Numbered from the stretch's first letter, positions 1 to 10,974 are shown. The stretch is DNA of 64,000 bases from Vicinamibacteria bacterium (GCA_963806705.1 CAWDZE010000007.1:25037-89036); one strand, 5' to 3'. Numbers and translations are program-made. The notes: generated by a model not told the origin, from the letters alone.

Positions 1-650
1 TGTCCGGCGGACAACGGCAGCGCGTCGCGCTGGCCCGGGCGCTGGCCGTGCGACCCCGGGTGCTCCTGCTCGACGAGCCCTTTGGCGCGCTCGACGCGAA
101 GGTGCGCAAGGACCTGCGCCGCTGGCTCCTGCGGCTGCACGACGAGCTGCACGTGACCAGCCTGTTTGTCACCCACGATCAGGAAGAGGCGCTGGAGCTG
201 GCCGATCGCGTCGTCATCATGAACCACGGGCGCGTGGAGCAGGTCGGCACACCCGACGAGGTCTATCACTCGCCGGCCTCGTCGTTTGTCTATCACTTTC
301 TCGGTGATGTGAACCTGTTTCACGGCCGCGTCGAAGGAAGCCGCGCGTTTGTCGGCGGCGTCGAGGTCGATGTGCCCTCGGACCTGCGCCCCGTGAACGG
401 GCACGTGCGGGTGTTCATCCGCCCGCACCTGCTCGACATCTCGGCCGATGAGCCGGCAGGCGGCCACTTCCCCGCCCGCGTCGTCCACGTGAACCCGGCC
501 GGTCCGATGGTGAAGGTCGAGCTCGTGACCGACTGGGGCGATGCGGTGCGTGTCGAGCTGCCGCAGGACCGCTACCGGTCGCTCGCGCTGGCCCGCGAAG
601 ACCGCGTGTACCTGTCGCCGCGCGAGCACGCGCTGCTGGCGGAAGCGTGA
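1..650 (+). CDS. cysA: Sulfate/thiosulfate ABC importer ATP-binding protein, 5' end cut by window edge
   Basis: Frame from nt 3 reads [14 protein letters not shown] (ABC signature), [11 protein letters not shown] (Walker B) and FVTHDQEEA (H-loop). A TOBE-like C-terminal tail follows. Stop at 648-650. Confidence 0.85.
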   Translation, partial: SGGQRQRVALARALAVRPRVLLLDEPFGALDAKVRKDLRRWLLRLHDELHVTSLFVTHDQEEALELADRVVIMNHGRVEQVGTPDEVYHSPASSFVYHFLGDVNLFHGRVEGSRAFVGGVEVDVPSDLRPVNGHVRVFIRPHLLDISADEPAGGHFPARVVHVNPAGPMVKVELVTDWGDAVRVELPQDRYRSLALAREDRVYLSPREHALLAEA

Positions 651-654
651 GGAG

Positions 655-1365
655 ATGGCGTCGATGACCGCAACCGACTTCGCGCATGCGGCCGAGGAGC
701 TCGAGCACCTGTCGGCAGAGCAGATTCTCGCCTGGGCGTCGGAGCACTATCCGCGCGTGTCGTTTGCCACGGGCTTTGGCGCCGAAGGCTGCGTGCTCAT
801 CGACATGGCCGCACGGCACGGCCTGCCGATTGACCTCTTCACGCTCGATACCGGCCTGCTCTTCCCCGAAACCTACACACTGTGGCGCCGTCTCGAGGAG
901 CGCTACGCCGTGACCATTCGCCCGGTACGCCCGGTGCGGACGGTCGGGGAGCAGGCTCTCGAGCACGGCGATCGGCTCTGGGCTCGCGACCCCGATCGCT
1001 GCTGCGCGCTGCGAAAGGTCGCCCCGCTGGCCCAGGCGCTCGCCGGCTACGACGCCTGGATCACCGCGATACGCCGCGACCAGACGGCCACTCGCGCCGC
1101 CGCCCGCCACGTGGAATGGGACACGAAGAACGGGCTGGCGAAGGTCAACCCGCTCCTGCGCTGGTCGTCCGACGACGTGTGGGGATACCTGAAGGCCCAC
1201 GATGTGCCCTACAACGCGCTGTACGAAGAAGGCTATGGCAGCATCGGCTGCGCGCCATGCACCACGCCCGTGCGGCCGGACGAAGACCCCCGCGCCGGCC
1301 GCTGGCGCACGCGCGAAAAGAACGAGTGCGGCCTGCACATCCGCCTCGAACCTGTGAATCCGTGA
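655..1365 (+). CDS. cysH: Adenylyl-sulfate / phosphoadenylyl-sulfate reductase (thioredoxin-dependent), Fe-S cluster (APS-reductase) type
   Basis: ATG at 655 sits 5 nt after the cysA stop. PAPS_reduct-like sequence with Cys-Cys (RCCALRKV), CxxC (GCAPCT) and the C-terminal ECGLH motif. Confidence 0.85.
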   Translation: MASMTATDFAHAAEELEHLSAEQILAWASEHYPRVSFATGFGAEGCVLIDMAARHGLPIDLFTLDTGLLFPETYTLWRRLEERYAVTIRPVRPVRTVGEQALEHGDRLWARDPDRCCALRKVAPLAQALAGYDAWITAIRRDQTATRAAARHVEWDTKNGLAKVNPLLRWSSDDVWGYLKAHDVPYNALYEEGYGSIGCAPCTTPVRPDEDPRAGRWRTREKNECGLHIRLEPVNP

Positions 1366-1415
1366 CCCGTGAACCGTTGACCGTGAACCCGAGAACCCGT
1401 GAACCTGGGTTCGTG
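1351..1415 (+). repeat. Degenerate tandem octamer array (CCGTGAAC)n overlapping the cysH 3' end and the cysH-cysC spacer
   Basis: cctgtgaat ccgtgac ccgtgaac cgttgac cgtgaac ccgagaac ccgtgaac ctgggttcgtgg. Same unit as the array at 23898-23993. Confidence 0.7.
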
Positions 1416-1429
1416 GAGGAGACCCCGAG

Positions 1430-2049
<620 letters not shown>

Positions 2050-2053
<4 letters not shown>

Positions 2054-2646
2054 CCAGTCGTGAGTCGCTGTTCCCTGTGTTCCTCAAGCTGGCCGGCCGC
2101 CAGGTTCTTGTCGTCGGCGGCGGGCCGGTCGCGGCATCCAAGCTGGCGGCGCTGGTAGGGGCAGGCGCCGTTGTGCGCGTCGTCTCGCCGGATGTCGTGC
2201 CCGCGATCGCGGACCACGGCGTCGAGGTCGAGCGCCGCGAGTTCGTCCCCGCTGACCTGGATGGCGTGTGGTTCGTGGTCGCAGCGGCGACACCCGAGGT
2301 GAACCGGCAGGTGGCGGACGCGGCCGAGGCGCGCCGCGTCTTCGTCAATGCCGTCGATGACCTCGCCAGCGCCTCGGCGTACCTGGGCGGCGTCGTCCGC
2401 AAGGGCGGCGTGACCCTGGCCATCTCGACCGATGGCCGCGCGCCGGCGCTGGCGGGCCTGATACGCGAGGGGCTGGAGACGTTGCTACCCGACGACCTGG
2501 CGAGATGGCACGAGGCCGCGGATGCCGCGCGGCGCGAGTGGAAGGCGGACGAGGTGCCGATGGAGGCGCGCCGGCCGCTGCTGCTGCTGGCGATCAACCG
2601 CCTGTACGAGACGCGCCGACACGGCGCCGCGGAGAGCCTGGCATGA
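2050..2646 (+). CDS. Precorrin-2 dehydrogenase / sirohydrochlorin ferrochelatase (siroheme synthase N-terminal-domain type, SirC/Met8-like)
   Basis: The ATG at 2050 overlaps the cysC stop (ATGA). Rossmann motif [13 protein letters not shown], then the [12 protein letters not shown] motif. Confidence 0.8.
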
Positions 2647-3449
2647 GGACGCGAGGACATGTCGCCCTGGTCGGCGCGGGGCCCGGTGACCCGGCGTTGC
2701 TGACGCGCGCCGCGCTGGCGCGCCTTCGTCGGGCCGACCTGGTCCTGTACGACGCGCTGGTGCCGCCGGCCATCGTCGCGCTCGCGCGGCGTGCCCAGCG
2801 CTTCTCGGTTGGCAAGCGCTGCGGCCGGCCGTCGTTCCGGCAGGAGACGATTCACGCGCTCATGATTCGCGCAGCACGGCGAGGGCGGCGGGTCGTGCGG
2901 CTCAAGGCCGGAGACCCGTTCGTCTTCGGGCGCGGCGGCGAAGAGGCGCTGGCGCTCGGCGCCGCGGGCGTGCCCTTCGAGATCGTGCCCGGCGTCACGT
3001 CCGCGTTTGCGGCGCCGGCGCTGGCCGGCATCCCGGTGACGCACCGGGGCCTGTCTGCCGGCGTGCTGGTCGTCTCGGGCCACGCGGAATCGAGCTACCG
3101 GCCGCTGCTGGAGATGCTGCCGCCAGAGTCGGTCACCGTCGTCGTGTTGATGGGCTTCGGCGAGGCGGAGACGATCGCCTCGATCCTGGTCGGCACGGGC
3201 TGGCGCGGTAAGACGCCGGTGGCCGTCGTCTTTGCCGCGGGCACGCCCGAGACGGCGACGTGGATCGGCACGCTGGGCACGATCGGGACGGCGCGCGAGG
3301 CAGCGCCAAACGGAGCGCCGGCGACGATCGTCATCGGGCGGGTGGCGTCGCTGGCGGACGTGATCGGATCGGCGGCGGAGAGGCGGAGGCCCGAACTGAA
3401 GTTCGGACCGGCGTACCAGGAAGGACAGAGTCATGTCAGCCACGGATGA
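2643..3449 (+). CDS. cobA: Uroporphyrinogen-III C-methyltransferase
   Basis: The ATG at 2643 overlaps the previous stop (ATGA). Motifs VGAGPGDPALLT, RLKAGDPFVFGRGGEE and VPGVTSA. Confidence 0.85.
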   Translation: MRTRGHVALVGAGPGDPALLTRAALARLRRADLVLYDALVPPAIVALARRAQRFSVGKRCGRPSFRQETIHALMIRAARRGRRVVRLKAGDPFVFGRGGEEALALGAAGVPFEIVPGVTSAFAAPALAGIPVTHRGLSAGVLVVSGHAESSYRPLLEMLPPESVTVVVLMGFGEAETIASILVGTGWRGKTPVAVVFAAGTPETATWIGTLGTIGTAREAAPNGAPATIVIGRVASLADVIGSAAERRRPELKFGPAYQEGQSHVSHG

Positions 3450-5280
3450 CGTGCGCGTGCTGGGGCGATCGCGCCTCTCGTTTGCCACCCAGGCCGACCT
3501 CGACGAGTTCGTCCAGACGCTGGACGCGTTTGAAAGCGGACAGCTGGGCCCCGACCAGTGGCGGGCATTCCGCCTGGTGCGCGGCCTTTACGGCCAGCGT
3601 CAGGACGACGTGCACATGATCCGCGTGAAGATCCCGCAGGGCGTGCTGAGCGGCGATCAGCTCGACGCGCTGGCCGAGGTCGCCGAGCGCTACTCGCGCG
3701 GTTTCGGCCACATCACCACGCGGCAGAACATCCAGTTTCATTTCGTCAAGCTGGCCGATGCCGAACGAGCCTTCGAGCTTCTCGCGAACAGGGGTTTGAC
3801 GACCAGAGAGGCGTGCGGCAACTCCGTGCGCAACATCACCGCGTGCCAGTACGCGGGCACCGCCGAGGACGAGGTGTTCGACGTCACGCCATACGCCGAG
3901 GCGCTGACGCGGTACTTCCTCCGCCATCCCCTGTCGTCGTCGCTGCCGCGCAAGTTCAAGATCGCCTTCGAGGGCTGCCCCGAAGACCACGCCTTCACCG
4001 GGATCAACGACATCGGCTGGCGCGCGGCCGTCGAGGATCGCGAGGGCGTCCGGCGCCTGGGTTTCCGCGTCACCGTCGGCGGCGGCACCGCGACGATGTC
4101 GCGGGCGGGCGGGATGCTCTTCGAGTTCCTGCCGGCCGGGCGCATGCTCGACGCCGCCGAGGCCATCGTGCGCGTGTTCCATCGCCTCGGCGACTACCAG
4201 CACAAGCACAAGAACCGGATGAAGTTCCTGATCAAGCAGCTCGGCTGGGATCGCTTCCAGGCCGAGGTGCTGCAGGCCTACGACGCGATCGTCGCCGAGG
4301 GCGGCACGCCGCTGCCCTTCGACCCGGACGCACCGGCCGTGGAGACCGCGCCGACGTGGCCCCCGGCGGCCGAGCCGGAGCTGGTGGAGCTGGCGCGGCG
4401 TGCCGCGGCATCGGTGGTGCGCGGCCCGGGGTTCACGCCCGAGGTGAAGCCGGTGCTGGCCGTGCAGGCCGCCGACTACCTGGCGTGGCAACGGACCAAC
4501 GTCCGGCGCCAGAAGCAGGCCGGCTACCTGCTGGTCACCGTGCGCCTCACGCTGGGCGACTTCACGGGCGAGCAGATGCGCATCCTCGCGGATCTGGCCG
4601 CGGCGTATGGCGACGGCGCCATCCGCATCACGGCGGACCAGAACCTGGTGTTGCGCTGGGTGCCCGCGGCGCGGCTGGCCGCCCTCTACGCGCGGCTGGC
4701 CGCGGCCGACCTGCACCAGGGCAACGCAGGTACCGTCCGCGACATCACGAGTTGCCCCGGTGCCGAGTCGTGCAAGCTGGCGGTGACGCAGTCGCGCGGC
4801 CTGGCGAGCCTGCTGGGCGATCATCTCGACCTGCATCCGGAGCTCATCGCCGAGGCGCCGGAGACCGTGATCAAGATCAGCGGCTGCCCCAACGGCTGCG
4901 GCCAGCACCACGTCGCGACCATCGGCTTTCAGGGGAGCGTGCGGAAGCTGGACGGCCAGGCCGTGCCGCAGTATTTTGTGATGGTGGGCGGCAACGCCGA
5001 CGGCGAGCGCACGACGTTTGGACGGCTGGCGGCCAAAGTGCCGGCGCGGCGCGTGCCGCAGGCGCTGGAGCGGCTGTTGGCGCTCTACCGCGCCGAGCGG
5101 CGCGACGACGAAGACGCGCGCGCGTTCTTCCGCCGCGTCGAGGTGCCGCGCGTGAAGGCCGCGCTGCACGATCTCGAGGTGCTCGATGCGGCAGCGGCCG
5201 ACGCCGCAGACTTCGTCGATCTGGGCGAGACGGACTCGTTCCAGCCCGATGTGCAGCAGGGCGAATGCGCGGCCCCCTAG
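3433..5280 (+). CDS. Assimilatory sulfite reductase (ferredoxin-type nitrite/sulfite reductase hemoprotein)
   Basis: 615 aa with two nitrite/sulfite reductase ferredoxin-like half domains. Siroheme/4Fe-4S cysteine cluster: TSCPGAESCKLAV ... SGCPNGCGQHH. Confidence 0.8.
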   Translation: MSATDDVRVLGRSRLSFATQADLDEFVQTLDAFESGQLGPDQWRAFRLVRGLYGQRQDDVHMIRVKIPQGVLSGDQLDALAEVAERYSRGFGHITTRQNIQFHFVKLADAERAFELLANRGLTTREACGNSVRNITACQYAGTAEDEVFDVTPYAEALTRYFLRHPLSSSLPRKFKIAFEGCPEDHAFTGINDIGWRAAVEDREGVRRLGFRVTVGGGTATMSRAGGMLFEFLPAGRMLDAAEAIVRVFHRLGDYQHKHKNRMKFLIKQLGWDRFQAEVLQAYDAIVAEGGTPLPFDPDAPAVETAPTWPPAAEPELVELARRAAASVVRGPGFTPEVKPVLAVQAADYLAWQRTNVRRQKQAGYLLVTVRLTLGDFTGEQMRILADLAAAYGDGAIRITADQNLVLRWVPAARLAALYARLAAADLHQGNAGTVRDITSCPGAESCKLAVTQSRGLASLLGDHLDLHPELIAEAPETVIKISGCPNGCGQHHVATIGFQGSVRKLDGQAVPQYFVMVGGNADGERTTFGRLAAKVPARRVPQALERLLALYRAERRDDEDARAFFRRVEVPRVKAALHDLEVLDAAAADAADFVDLGETDSFQPDVQQGECAAP

Positions 5281-6221
5281 ATCGTTCCGCGCTGCAGGTG
5301 CTGGGCGCGCCGGCGGGCACCGCCGCGCCGTCGGCGGCCGACGTGCGCGCGTGGCCGGGCGTCGCGGAGGCCGTCGTCCTGGCCACCTGCCACCGCACGG
5401 AGATCTACCTCGTCGCCCACGACGTCAGCCTGGGCCTGCGCAGCGTCAGTCACGCCGACCTCCCCGCCGCTCACCACCTGTTGCGGGTCGCCTGCGGCCT
5501 CGACTCGCCCCTCCTGGGTGATGGCCAGATTCTCGGTCAGGTGCGCCGCGCCTATCTCGCCGCGCGCCGGGCCGGCGCCACGGGGCCGTGGCTCAATCGG
5601 CTCTTCGAGACGGCGCTGCACGCCGGCAAGCGGGTGCGTCACCACACCGACCTTGGACGCGGCGCGACGACGACGGCGGCGGCGGCAGTGGGGCTGGCCG
5701 AGCACCTGGCGGGAGGTCTGGCCGGACGGCACGTGCTGGTCGTCGGCGCGGGCGAGACCGCGGCGCTGGCGGCGCGGCATGCCGCGCACCGGCGCCCTGC
5801 GCAACTCGTGATCGCCAACCGGACGCTTGCGCGCGCCGAGGCCGTGGCAGCCAGGGTCCAGGGCGTCGCGATCGGTCTCGACGATCTCCGCGCCGCGCTG
5901 GCCGATGCCGACGTCGCCATCACCGCGACCTCCGCGCCCGGCGCGGTGATTCACGCCGCGCCGCTCGGCGCGCTGATGGCGGCGCGCGGCTGGCGGCCGC
6001 TGGTCGCGGTTGATCTTGCCGTGCCGGGCGACATCGAGCCGGCGTGCGGCGCGGTTGCCGGCGTCACGCGCGTCGGCCTGGAACGCGTGGAGGCGGAGGC
6101 GGCGACGGACCGGATCACGCGCGCCGCGGCGGTGCCGGCAGCCGAAGCGATCGCCTCTGAGGCCCTGCGCGCGTTCCGCGCCTGGAGCGAGCGGCGCGCT
6201 GCGTACGAGTCAGCAGCCTGA
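5265..6221 (+). CDS. hemA: Glutamyl-tRNA reductase (short form, about 318 aa)
   Basis: C-terminal third of the 887-aa ORF 3558..6221. Active-site region LATCHRTEIY, GDGQILGQV and NADPH site VVGAGETAAL. The start (ATG 5265) is uncertain and overlaps the sulfite reductase stop region. Confidence 0.7.
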   Translation: MRGPLDRSALQVLGAPAGTAAPSAADVRAWPGVAEAVVLATCHRTEIYLVAHDVSLGLRSVSHADLPAAHHLLRVACGLDSPLLGDGQILGQVRRAYLAARRAGATGPWLNRLFETALHAGKRVRHHTDLGRGATTTAAAAVGLAEHLAGGLAGRHVLVVGAGETAALAARHAAHRRPAQLVIANRTLARAEAVAARVQGVAIGLDDLRAALADADVAITATSAPGAVIHAAPLGALMAARGWRPLVAVDLAVPGDIEPACGAVAGVTRVGLERVEAEAATDRITRAAAVPAAEAIASEALRAFRAWSERRAAYESAA

Positions 6222-6279
6222 CCACCAATCTGACGAAACCTGACCGACCTGAGGCACACTTAGGCCACGACTCTCGACG

Positions 6280-7257
6280 ATGAGTGACGACATGTGCCTC
6301 AGGGCCGGCACGCGGAGCAGCCGGCTGGCGGTATGGCAGACCGAACTTGTGGCCACGGGCTTGCGCCAGGCGTGGCCGGGCCTTGCGGTCGAGCGCGTCC
6401 TCATCACCACATTGGGCGATCGGATCTCCGATGTGCCGCTGCCCCGCATCGGAGACAAAGGCATCTTCACGCGTGAGCTCGAAGACGCGCTGCGCGCCGG
6501 CACGATCGATCTCGCCGTGCACAGCCTCAAGGACCTGCCGACCGACGTGCCGCGCGGTCTGACCATCGGCGCGGTGCTCCAACGCGCGGATCCACGGGAT
6601 GCCCTGGTGGCGGCTTCACCGGTCAGCTTCGACGCGCTCCAGGCCGGTGCCCGTGTGGGCACGTCGTCGTTGAGGCGTCGGGCACAGTTGCTCGCACGGC
6701 GCCCGGATCTCGACGTGCGCGACCTGCGCGGCAACGTGCCAACACGCGTCGACAAAGTCCTGGCTGGCGATCTCGACGCCGCGGTGCTGGCGGTGGCCGG
6801 ACTGACCCGTCTCGGTCTTTCCGCTCACATCGCCGAGGTGCTCGGTACCGACCTGATGCTGCCGGCGCCTGGTCAGGGAGCGTTGGCCGTCGAGATACGT
6901 GCAGACGACGAGCGCGCCGGGGCACTGGTCGCGCTCCTCGACGACAGCGACACACGCCTGGCCACCACCGCGGAGCGATCGCTGCTTGCCGAACTCGAGG
7001 GCGGCTGCCAGGCCCCGGTCGGCGCATTGGCGACCTTCACGAGCAGCGGAGTCATGCGCCTGGAGGGACTGGTCATCGATCTGGATGGACACGACGCCGT
7101 GCGTCGAGTGGTCGAGGCGCCGGTGACCGACCGCGCGGCGGCCTCCGCACTCGGCCAGGCGGTGGCCGCCGGTTTGCGCGCCAGCGGTGCACATGCCATC
7201 CTCGCGCGAGCGCGGCAAACGCTGGCGGGGCGGGAGGCGGACGTGCCGGAGTCATGA
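6280..7257 (+). CDS. hemC: Hydroxymethylbilane synthase (porphobilinogen deaminase)
   Basis: Motifs RAGTRSSRLAVWQT, TLGDRI, KGIFTRELE, SLRR and LEGGCQAPVGA. Confidence 0.9.
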   Translation: MSDDMCLRAGTRSSRLAVWQTELVATGLRQAWPGLAVERVLITTLGDRISDVPLPRIGDKGIFTRELEDALRAGTIDLAVHSLKDLPTDVPRGLTIGAVLQRADPRDALVAASPVSFDALQAGARVGTSSLRRRAQLLARRPDLDVRDLRGNVPTRVDKVLAGDLDAAVLAVAGLTRLGLSAHIAEVLGTDLMLPAPGQGALAVEIRADDERAGALVALLDDSDTRLATTAERSLLAELEGGCQAPVGALATFTSSGVMRLEGLVIDLDGHDAVRRVVEAPVTDRAAASALGQAVAAGLRASGAHAILARARQTLAGREADVPES

Positions 7258-8053
7258 GCGGCTCAGGGCCTCTCGTGGTCGTCACGCGCGAGGCCGATGC
7301 CGGCGCCTCGCTGGCTCGTGCGCTCGAGCGTCACGGCTTGCGCACGTGGAGCGTCCCCACGGTTGCCACGGCGCTGCCGGCCGACACGGCCGCGCTTGAC
7401 GCCGCAATCGAGTCGCTGCCGGAGGCTGACTGGCTCGTCTTCACGAGTGCGCGCGCCGTGGCCCCGATGTGCGGGCGCCAGGCGTGGCGGCGACTCTGGC
7501 CGCAAGTGTCCGGGCGCATCAACGTCGCGGCGGTCGGCCCGGTGACCGCCGGCGCCCTGGCCAAGGCAGGCATTGTGCCGAAGACAGTCGCCGCGGGGGG
7601 CGGTGCGGAGTTGGTGCAGGTGATGGCCGCTACGCCGCCTGGGCTGGCCGGCACGCGGCTGGTCTGGCCGCGATCCGATGTCGCCCGTCTGGAGTGGAAG
7701 ACGATGGCCGAGGCGGCCGGCGCGCGAGTGACAGCGCCGGTGGCGTGACCTGTACCGTCGCGGTGCCGGTCGAGGCGCTCGACAGGCTCGTGGCTGCCAT
7801 CGTCGACCGCCAGGTCCAGGCCGTGTCGTTCTGCTCGCCGTCGAGTGCGGCGTCGTTGTCACGGGCGTTTGCCGACGGCACCCTGCGAGCCCTGAGCGGC
7901 CGCGTCGTCGTGGCAGCGCTTGGCCGTGTGACGGCGGCCGCCCTGGCGCGATTGGGCACCGCTGCCGACGTGGTGGCGTCGGCGCCGCTGGTCGAGACAC
8001 TGGCCGGCGACCTGGCGCGACATCTTGCGATCGACCGTGGAGGGTCCGTGTGA
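7254..8053 (+). pseudogene. hemD: Uroporphyrinogen-III synthase, interrupted by one frame disruption near 7745 (pseudogene or sequencing error)
   Basis: ORF 7254..7748 (HemD N-half, LVFTSARAV) continues in another frame as ...[29 protein letters not shown]... to the stop at 8053. Start overlaps the hemC stop and end overlaps the hemB start. Confidence 0.7.
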
Positions 8054-9036
8054 GCTTTCCAACCCATAGGCTGCGACGCCTCCGGCGAACCGAAGCGCTT
8101 CGGCAGCAGGTGCGCGAGACCCGGCTGTCGCCGGACAACCTTGTGGCGCCGCTGTTCGTGTGTGAGGGCGAGCTGCAGCGTCGCGAGATCCCGTCCATGC
8201 CAGGCTGCTACCAGATGAGCGTGGATGTGCTCGTCGAGGAGTGCCGCGAGCTGGCCAGCCTTGGCGTGCCCGCGGTGATCCTGTTCGGCCTTCCCGCGCA
8301 CAAGGACGCGGTGGGATCCAGCGCGGCCGATCCGGAGGGTCCGGTGCCCCGCGCGCTGACGGCACTCGGTCGCGAGGTGCCGTCGTTGGCGCTATGGGCT
8401 GACGTGTGCCTGTGCGAGTACACCGACCACGGGCACTGCGGTCCGATCGTCGAGGACCGGCACGGCGTTCGCGACGTGTCCAACGACGCGACGCTCCCCC
8501 GCCTGGCTGATGCGGCCCTGGCCTACGCGCGCGCGGGCGCCGATGTCGTCGCGCCTTCGGACATGATGGACGGCCGTGTGGCCGCCATTCGCCGCGCGCT
8601 CGACGATGAGGGCCGGACCGATGTCGTGATCGTGTCGTATGCGGCGAAGTACGCGTCGGCATTCTATGGGCCGTTCCGCGAAGCGGCGGGCTCGACCCCG
8701 GCATTTGGCGATCGCCGGAGCTATCAGATGGACCCGGCCAACGCGCTGGAGGCCCTGCGCGAGGTCGCGCTCGATCTCGACGAGGGGGCCGACATCGTCA
8801 TGGTCAAACCGGCGCTGGCCTATCTCGACATCGTGTGGCGCGTGAAGGAACGCTTCGGAGTGCCGGTTGCGGCCTACAACGTGTCCGGTGAGTACGCCAT
8901 GGTGAAAGCCGCGGGACACGCGGGCTGGATCGACGAGACGCGCATCGTGATGGAGCTGCTGATTTCGATACGGCGCGCCGGGGCCGACATCATCCTGACC
9001 TACTTCGCCAAGGACGCCGCACGCGTGCTTGCATGA
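8050..9036 (+). CDS. hemB: Porphobilinogen synthase (delta-aminolevulinate dehydratase)
   Basis: The GTG at 8050 overlaps the hemD stop. Motifs [32 protein letters not shown] and VKPALAYLD. Confidence 0.9.
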   Translation: MSFPTHRLRRLRRTEALRQQVRETRLSPDNLVAPLFVCEGELQRREIPSMPGCYQMSVDVLVEECRELASLGVPAVILFGLPAHKDAVGSSAADPEGPVPRALTALGREVPSLALWADVCLCEYTDHGHCGPIVEDRHGVRDVSNDATLPRLADAALAYARAGADVVAPSDMMDGRVAAIRRALDDEGRTDVVIVSYAAKYASAFYGPFREAAGSTPAFGDRRSYQMDPANALEALREVALDLDEGADIVMVKPALAYLDIVWRVKERFGVPVAAYNVSGEYAMVKAAGHAGWIDETRIVMELLISIRRAGADIILTYFAKDAARVLA

Positions 9037-10330
9037 CCCCGCGATGACACCGATCTCGCACGACAATTCGCTCAGCGAGGCGCTGTTCGAGCGCGCGTGC
9101 CGCCTGCTGCCCGGCGGCGTGAATTCGCCCGTCCGTGCGTTCAAGGCGGTCGGCGGCACTCCGCGATTCATCGCGCGGGCGGCCGGCCAGCACGTCTGGG
9201 ACGTGGACGGGCGTCGTTACCTCGACTACGTCGGGTCATGGGGCCCCTTGATTCTCGGCCACGCGCCGCCCTCGGTCGTTGCGGCCATTCAGGCCCAGGC
9301 GAGTCTCGGGACAGCCTATGGCGCGCCGACGGCGATGGAAGTCGACCTGGCTGCGCGCATCGCCGCCGCGGTGCCGTCGATCGAGATGGTCCGGCTGGTG
9401 AACTCGGGCACCGAGGCGACAATGGCCGCCCTTCGCCTGGCGCGGGCGGCAACCGACAGGTCGCGGGTCATCAAGTTCGAGGGCTGCTATCACGGTCACG
9501 GCGACTCGTTCCTCGTGAAGGCAGGTTCGGGTGCGGCAACCTTCGGGGTGCCCGACAGCCCTGGGGTCACGCCTGCGACCGCGCGCGACACGCTGACCGC
9601 GTGCTTCAACGACGCCGGCTCGGTGCGCGAACTGCTGGCGTCACATCCCGGCGAGGTCGCCGCGGTGATTGTCGAGCCCGTTGTCGGCAACATGGGCGTG
9701 GTGCCGCCGGCGTGGGGCTTCCTGCAGGACTTGCGGGACTTGTGCACGGCCGATGGCGCGCTGCTCATCTTCGACGAGGTGATGACGGGCTTCCGGGTCG
9801 CCCGGGGGGGCGCACAATATCTCTACGGCGTGACGCCGGACCTGACGACGCTCGGCAAGGTCATCGGTGGCGGGCTGCCGGTCGGAGCCTACGGGGGCCG
9901 TCGTGATCTGATGACGATGGTGTCGCCGGCCGGTCCGGTCTATCAGGCAGGGACCATGTCGGGCAATCCGCTGGCGGTTTCGGCAGGCCTGGCGACGCTC
10001 GATGCCATCGAAGGCGAGACTGGCTTCTACGATCGGCTCGACGCGCTTGGCGCCGCCCTCGAGCAGGGCGTCTTGTCGAAGGTCGAGCCCGGCTCGTGTC
10101 ACTTCGCTCGTGTCGGCTCGATGTGGACGCTGTTTTTCACGGATCGCGCGGTCACGGACTGGCCCAGCGCGTCGCGCGCCGACCGGGCCCGGTACGGCCG
10201 CTTCTTCCACGCGATGCTGGCGCGCGGCATCGCTCTGGCGCCGTCGCAGTTCGAGGCCAACTTCATCTCGGCGGCTCACACGCCGGAGGACATCGCGCAG
10301 ACCGTCGCGGCCATCGTCGAGTCCTTCTGA
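9029..10330 (+). CDS. hemL: Glutamate-1-semialdehyde 2,1-aminomutase
   Basis: Motifs [28 protein letters not shown] and GKVIGGGLP (PLP lysine). An alternative start lies at 9044. Confidence 0.9.
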   Translation: MHDPAMTPISHDNSLSEALFERACRLLPGGVNSPVRAFKAVGGTPRFIARAAGQHVWDVDGRRYLDYVGSWGPLILGHAPPSVVAAIQAQASLGTAYGAPTAMEVDLAARIAAAVPSIEMVRLVNSGTEATMAALRLARAATDRSRVIKFEGCYHGHGDSFLVKAGSGAATFGVPDSPGVTPATARDTLTACFNDAGSVRELLASHPGEVAAVIVEPVVGNMGVVPPAWGFLQDLRDLCTADGALLIFDEVMTGFRVARGGAQYLYGVTPDLTTLGKVIGGGLPVGAYGGRRDLMTMVSPAGPVYQAGTMSGNPLAVSAGLATLDAIEGETGFYDRLDALGAALEQGVLSKVEPGSCHFARVGSMWTLFFTDRAVTDWPSASRADRARYGRFFHAMLARGIALAPSQFEANFISAAHTPEDIAQTVAAIVESF

Positions 10331-10967
10331 GGGGCCAGGCCCCGTTAAGGCGGATTTTCCGTCTTAACGGGGCCTGGCCCCATGCGGAGAAATTCCAACC
10401 AGTTCTGGGGACGCGGGACTGGTCCCGGGTGGAGGCTCGAGAGGCGCGAGGGCCCGACGCTCGACCAGTGCCATTGTTCCGCGCGTTCCACGAGCCCCGC
10501 TCTGATCGGGTTCGACTCGACGTAACTCAGGAGCGTCCGGAGATGGCGCTCATCGCGAACCCGTACGTCGCGGAATCGACCCTGATAGACGTGGCCAGTG
10601 AGCTGGTGCCGAGCGTTGAAGTAGCAGGCATGAACACCTGTCAGCCAGTGGATGTACGCAGAAACCGCGTCGTCTTTGTCGGGCCATAGCACCAGGTGCC
10701 AATGGTTGGGCATCAAGCAATACGCGATGACACGCATCGGAACCCGGCGCCGTGCGCGCTCCATAAGTCCTTGAAAATGCAGGTAGTCGTCCGCTCCGCG
10801 GAACAGCGTCTGTCGGTGCACTCCGCGGTTGAGGACGTGATAGACATACCCGGCTTCAGTGTGTCGTCGTGCTCTCGCCACGCAAAGAGCTCCAGCAACC
10901 TCTGGGCCAGTGTCCAGGGGCCAGGCCCCGTTAAGACGGATTTACAACCTTAACGGGGCCTGGCCCC
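10331..10967 (-). mobile_element. REP-RAYT unit: tyrosine transposase gene bracketed by two REP hairpins
   Basis: Hairpins at 10331-10381 and 10917-10967 share identical 19-nt arms, GGGGCCAGGCCCCGTTAAG / CTTAACGGGGCCTGGCCCC, with 13-nt loops. The RAYT ORF lies between them. Confidence 0.8.
10345..10881 (-). CDS. REP-associated tyrosine transposase (IS200/IS605 Y1 HUH family, RAYT)
   Basis: HUH motif MPNHWHLVL and catalytic Tyr region GHVYQGRF, followed by YVESNPIRAGLV. 178 aa. The 3' end runs into the REP hairpin. Confidence 0.8.
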   Translation of the reverse strand: MARARRHTEAGYVYHVLNRGVHRQTLFRGADDYLHFQGLMERARRRVPMRVIAYCLMPNHWHLVLWPDKDDAVSAYIHWLTGVHACYFNARHQLTGHVYQGRFRDVRVRDERHLRTLLSYVESNPIRAGLVERAEQWHWSSVGPSRLSSLHPGPVPRPQNWLEFLRMGPGPVKTENPP

Positions 10968-10974
10968 AGTCGGG

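Noticed and set aside
3436-5169. 577-aa minus-strand ORF
   Set aside because: It is antisense to the sulfite reductase gene, which has clear family motifs. This is a high-GC shadow ORF.
3558-5264. N-terminal two-thirds of the 887-aa plus-strand ORF
   Set aside because: It is an alternative frame inside the sulfite reductase gene with R/G/A-rich nonsense. Only the part from about 5265 onward carries HemA motifs.
5265-6221. hemA being about 100 aa shorter than the E. coli enzyme, as a possible truncation
   Set aside because: The catalytic Cys region, the NADPH site and a C-terminal helical segment are all present and contiguous. It is more likely a naturally compact form or a mis-set start than a pseudogene. 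This cannot be resolved without alignment.
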